Shown here one piece after another: positions 61,964-64,000 of a stretch of DNA of 64,000 nucleotides (position 1 is the first letter of the stretch; every line of letters starts with the position of its first letter). Location of the stretch: contig NW_003314273.1 of assembly GCF_000143415.4 (NCBI RefSeq), positions 1,828,052 to 1,892,051 of the forward strand, written 5' to 3'. The notes under the pieces are model-generated. The model ran no database searches. It was given only the letters and a program-made list of their open reading frames with translations, and had not been told where the DNA came from. Source of the stretch: Selaginella moellendorffii (Eukaryota > Plantae > Lycopodiophyta). The position numbers and the translations under genes are program-made.

Positions 61964-62855
61964 ACTCTTGCCGGGAGGCCCAATCCGTGGTTGCCAAGAC
62001 CCTGGCGTGCGAGCTTCCACAACATGCTCGCTCCAGGATTTGGGGATTGAATTTGGGAGGGGTTACCTTCATAGTGAAAAGTTTTTCCTCCAAGAATCTG
62101 GAAGCGAAGAGCCACGTCGATCTGATTGGAACTTCTTGCGGGATCCAATGTGTGAGCAGCAGCAGCACAGTGGCGATTGATGCGAGCGTCCACTCTGTTT
62201 CCATTTCTCTTGGAAGTTGAAAAAAGAGTGAAACTTTGCCGCTGCTCGTCTCAGTCTATGGCGAGGCCGAGGCCGCTGGATCGTTCTGTGCCCACTGCAT
62301 TCATTTCTTCCAGTTCCTGGTGTGCGACGTGCTAAGATCAATGCCCGTTGGTTTGATGGCTCCCAGCTCTGCGCAAGGTGAGAGCTTCGATGCCACCCGC
62401 GTACCTGGTTGATCCTGAAGTCCCTTGAACCATCAACCTTTGGCTCACCTGGAGAAAGATATAGGAATGTGTTACTTACCGGGAAAGAACAACAAAGCCA
62501 TAGCCACGAGGACTACGAACAAAAGAAGCGAAGAACTGAGAGAACAAGGAACGAAAGCTACTCACCACATGAAGATGAACTGCGAGACGACCGAGGGGAG
62601 AAAGCACGCAGCTCCATTCCCGATGGCGGCGGCGGCGGCAGCTGGAAAGTTGAGCTTGGAAGTGAGGTTGAGCCGCCATCTTGGTTGCTTCGAGAGTTGT
62701 CAAGAACAGCACTCAACTGGAAACAGTGCCGGCAATCACGGTCCCAATCCCCGGTAGAGTTCTCTCACTCCATCGGTGCTAAGAATCGATCTGAGCTTTC
62801 ATATTGCTCGCCTCATTCTCGTCTGGATCGGGTAGAGCGCCGCCGACACGCCCGA
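61964..62855. pseudogene. Exostosin/SET/carrier deletion-mosaic, copy 3 (most diverged unit)
   Basis: Same fragment junctions as copies 1 and 2. Confidence 0.9.
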
Positions 62856-64000
62856 TATGTTCTCTCGAGATTCTACTCACTGTCACAGTTCGCATGAAAC
62901 CACCACTGGCGCTATCACGAGCCATGGCGAGACAGGGCTTTAACGACGAGGTCCTGCCAGAAAAGATCACCCATTAACGGAGGAAAGTGGAGAGAAATTT
63001 GGATCACATACTTGTGTTTCTTGTTTGCTCATTCCTGGCCTCCACGCTTGATCTAGAAAGCCAAATATGTCGATCCATAGGAGGGAAGTAAAGCTTAAAT
63101 CTACACCACTAGCCGCGATCTTGGATGTCCAATCGTGAAAGGCACGCGGAGTGAAGTTCCACCGATTGGCACACCGAAGATGCTACGTTTCTCGTGCTTG
63201 TCCCAACCTCGGACGATCATTCCAGCCTCGAGAAAGGAGCAAAAGCAATACAGACTGTTTATATACATCAATCAAAGCTGCTGCTAAACAAAACCTTGTT
63301 CGAGTAGGCAATATCTCTAACCAGCTTCGCCAATTCCAGCCTTGACAATTGCTTGTTTCACCCATAAGGACGAAGAAATCACGAGAACAATCCAGATCGG
63401 CAAATGTAGACATGAGATTTTATCAGAAGCTTGCGATCCTGTACCTACACGCGACCCAAAGGAAAAGATGTACACTTTCAGGATCTTACAATCTGAAGCA
63501 ATTGCTAATCAAGTTGGCACAGCCTTTTCCGCAACAAGAATGCTTGCGCAGTCCGATGAGCTCAAACAACCTTTGCGAGCCGGCGAGCAGCGCCATCCGG
63601 GACGTAAGGCATGGTTTCCAGGAGCTCTCTCGGCTGGCTCAATCTCCACAGATCCAGCATCGAGCAGTAGTGTCTGGGCTGAGACTTGAATCCACAGTCG
63701 TTGCTCATCGAAACGAGAACTCGCGTCCCTTGCCTGCGTGGCTGCAAGCAACCAAAGCACTCACATACGCAACTTGGTCGGGGATCATCTCACGAAAGTG
63801 GTCAATCGCTTGCGTCGGAATGGCTACACGCGGAGATCACCGACTTCCACGACACAACGTTCGATCCAGGATGGAGTTCCAGGAGACGATGTTCCTCTCG
63901 GGCATGAGAGCGAGGATCTCCCAGATGCCCTTGTTGGGCATTCCCGCAAGGAGTGAGTTCAGCTCCATAGCTCGCACTCGGGCTCTTGACGCCGTGTTCC

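Overview
This is eukaryotic land-plant DNA. Introns of about 50-80 bp, very short intergenic spacers and PLS-type PPR genes suggest a compact lycophyte genome such as Selaginella (inference). 1-8.7 kb holds six tightly packed genes: EER5/PCID2-like (runs off the left edge), a SAM methyltransferase, a PLS-E PPR, a GT47 exostosin, an ASHR2-like SET gene and an SLC25A44-like carrier. 8.7-21.1 kb is nested TE debris (possible CACTA shell > decayed Gypsy > 1.8-kb solo LTR, plus a mini-Copia) and relics of an unidentified multi-exon gene. 21.1-64 kb is a hierarchical tandem array with six near-identical intronless DAD1-like phospholipase A1 genes: five intact on the minus strand and one inverted copy that has lost its ATG. 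Full-length units also carry a collinear, deletion-shrunken copy of the exostosin-SET-carrier block from 5.5-8.5 kb, PPR relics, and an AT-rich non-autonomous element with Helitron2/Helentron-like ends, whose empty site is visible in another unit. A young 5.0-kb Gypsy has inserted into one unit; it has a 4-bp TSD, a tRNA-Ala-like PBS and a GGGAAAC slippery site followed by an H-type pseudoknot. A Copia remnant with apparent TA...TA LTR ends and a 57-bp hairpin lies between two convergent PLA1 copies. All alignments and coordinates were read by eye; no searches were run.
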